Shown here: positions 63,001-64,000 of the stretch, one piece after another
Layout: the number at the start of each line of letters is the position of its first letter
Position numbering within the stretch: the first letter of the stretch is position 1
NCBI GenBank assembly: GCA_030295235.1
Contig: AP026135.1
Coordinates: 186,001 to 250,000 of the forward strand
Source: Fistulifera solaris
Lineage: Eukaryota
Length of the DNA: 64,000 nucleotides
Direction of reading: 5' to 3'
Notes under the pieces: generated by a model
Told to the model about the DNA's origin: nothing
The model's input: only the letters and a program-made list of their open reading frames with translations
Databases searched by the model: none
Program-made: the position numbers and the translations under genes

Positions 63001-64000
63001 TCGCTTACATTTCCGATTTGTTCACCGAAGCATGAAAAATATTCAAGCCTTGCTCAAAACCGGCGCTCTCGGAAATTCTGCTGAAGTCAAAGCGGCGGCG
63101 TTGTGATATTCCCAAGTGCTGCTTGCATGTATGGAAAAGGAAAGCGCAAGTCGACTGGAGCAAAATTGACCGTCGATCGCCAATCCAAAGTTCTCTCGAA
63201 GGATATTTTAATTCCGGGCCAGAAGGTTTCAATGGATCACTTCTCTGTTTCAACGAGGGGACGTCTCTACTCTGGTTTCGGTGGTACCAAAGATGATGAG
63301 AAGTTCAAAGGCGGTGTGATTTTTGTCGATCATGCAAGTGGATTCGTGTACGTCGTTCACGTTTTGAATTTTACTGCTGGCGAGGCTTTGCGCCAAGTTG
63401 GAGTTCGAAAGTGCAATGGCTAATCACGGCATCACGGTGGTCCAATATCATACCGACAATGGCACGTTCACGGGCGCAGGAGTTCACAAAGCAAATTGAT
63501 ACGAACTACCAGTCGATGACTCTCAGTGGACCTGGTGCTCACCACCAAAATGCTGTTGCTGAGCGATCGGAAGTATTATATCTCTTGCACGCACCACGAT
63601 GCTACATGCTAAACTGCGTTGGCCGAAAGCGATTTCTTCGGATTTGTGGCCTCAGGCGATCGATTATGTCGTTCAAAATTTCAACTACGGACCCGGGCGA
63701 AAATAATTCATCTCCGGCTGATATGATCTTCAGAACAACGACCGATCGAAAAGTGTTTGCTGATATGCATGTATGGGGATCACCCGCGTATATTTTGAAC
63801 CCTCAATTGCAAGATGGGCACAAGATTCCAAAATTTGAACCTCGCTCGAGACGCGGGCGTTTTCTTGGGTTTGTCAAAGCGGCATGCATCGAATGTTCCT
63901 GTCGTTCTGAACCTAGAAACAAACCGGATTTCCGCGCAGTTCCATGTTGTTGTTGATGATTGGTTTGCCACTGTTTCGAATGTCGCTAATGAGGATGATT

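Larger units (their letters stand above)
59812..64000 (+). mobile_element. Ty1/copia LTR retrotransposon (diatom CoDi-like), 5' part; truncated by the window end
   Basis: Domain order is gag (from ATG about 60172; knuckle-like KCKRWNQTHGTDEH), protease (IWDTGAT), GAG-pre-integrase (LLRLHFRF.H), then integrase (SMDH, FVDHASG, YHTDNG, GAHHQNAVAER, HVWGSPAYIL..LQDGHKIPKFEPRSR.G.FLG). Many frameshifts. Confidence 0.92.

Overview
Gene-dense eukaryotic nuclear DNA from a diatom, most likely a raphid pennate. Evidence: short GT-AG introns, ASAFAP-type bipartite plastid presequences, fucoxanthin-chlorophyll (Lhcr-type) genes and a CoDi-like Ty1/copia element. It holds about 30 protein-coding genes, including Sec15, a DHHC acyltransferase, 1,3-beta-glucan synthase, a HAD phosphatase, MAP65, RPL27, V-ATPase B, IPK1, RPA2, two Lhcr genes, BCKDH E1-alpha, NDUFB3, a UBX protein, an MBD4-like glycosylase, an auxilin-like J protein, bL34m, AP-3 beta, a PITH protein and an EEP nuclease. 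The 5' part of a copia LTR retrotransposon runs off the right end. Many essential genes carry single-base frameshifts, mostly at homopolymers, which points to assembly error. The most unusual structure is a 1265-bp inverted duplication (46591-47855 / 50197-51461) whose arms look identical by eye but whose outer flanks are diverged. Each arm encodes a 314-aa two-repeat protein with an invariant LKWNGTWNYGCRLCPNDDDS core. This is a candidate multi-core peptide (possibly pheromone-like) precursor, which is an inference needing tests. Gene models were assembled by eye, so splice sites and family calls need computational confirmation.
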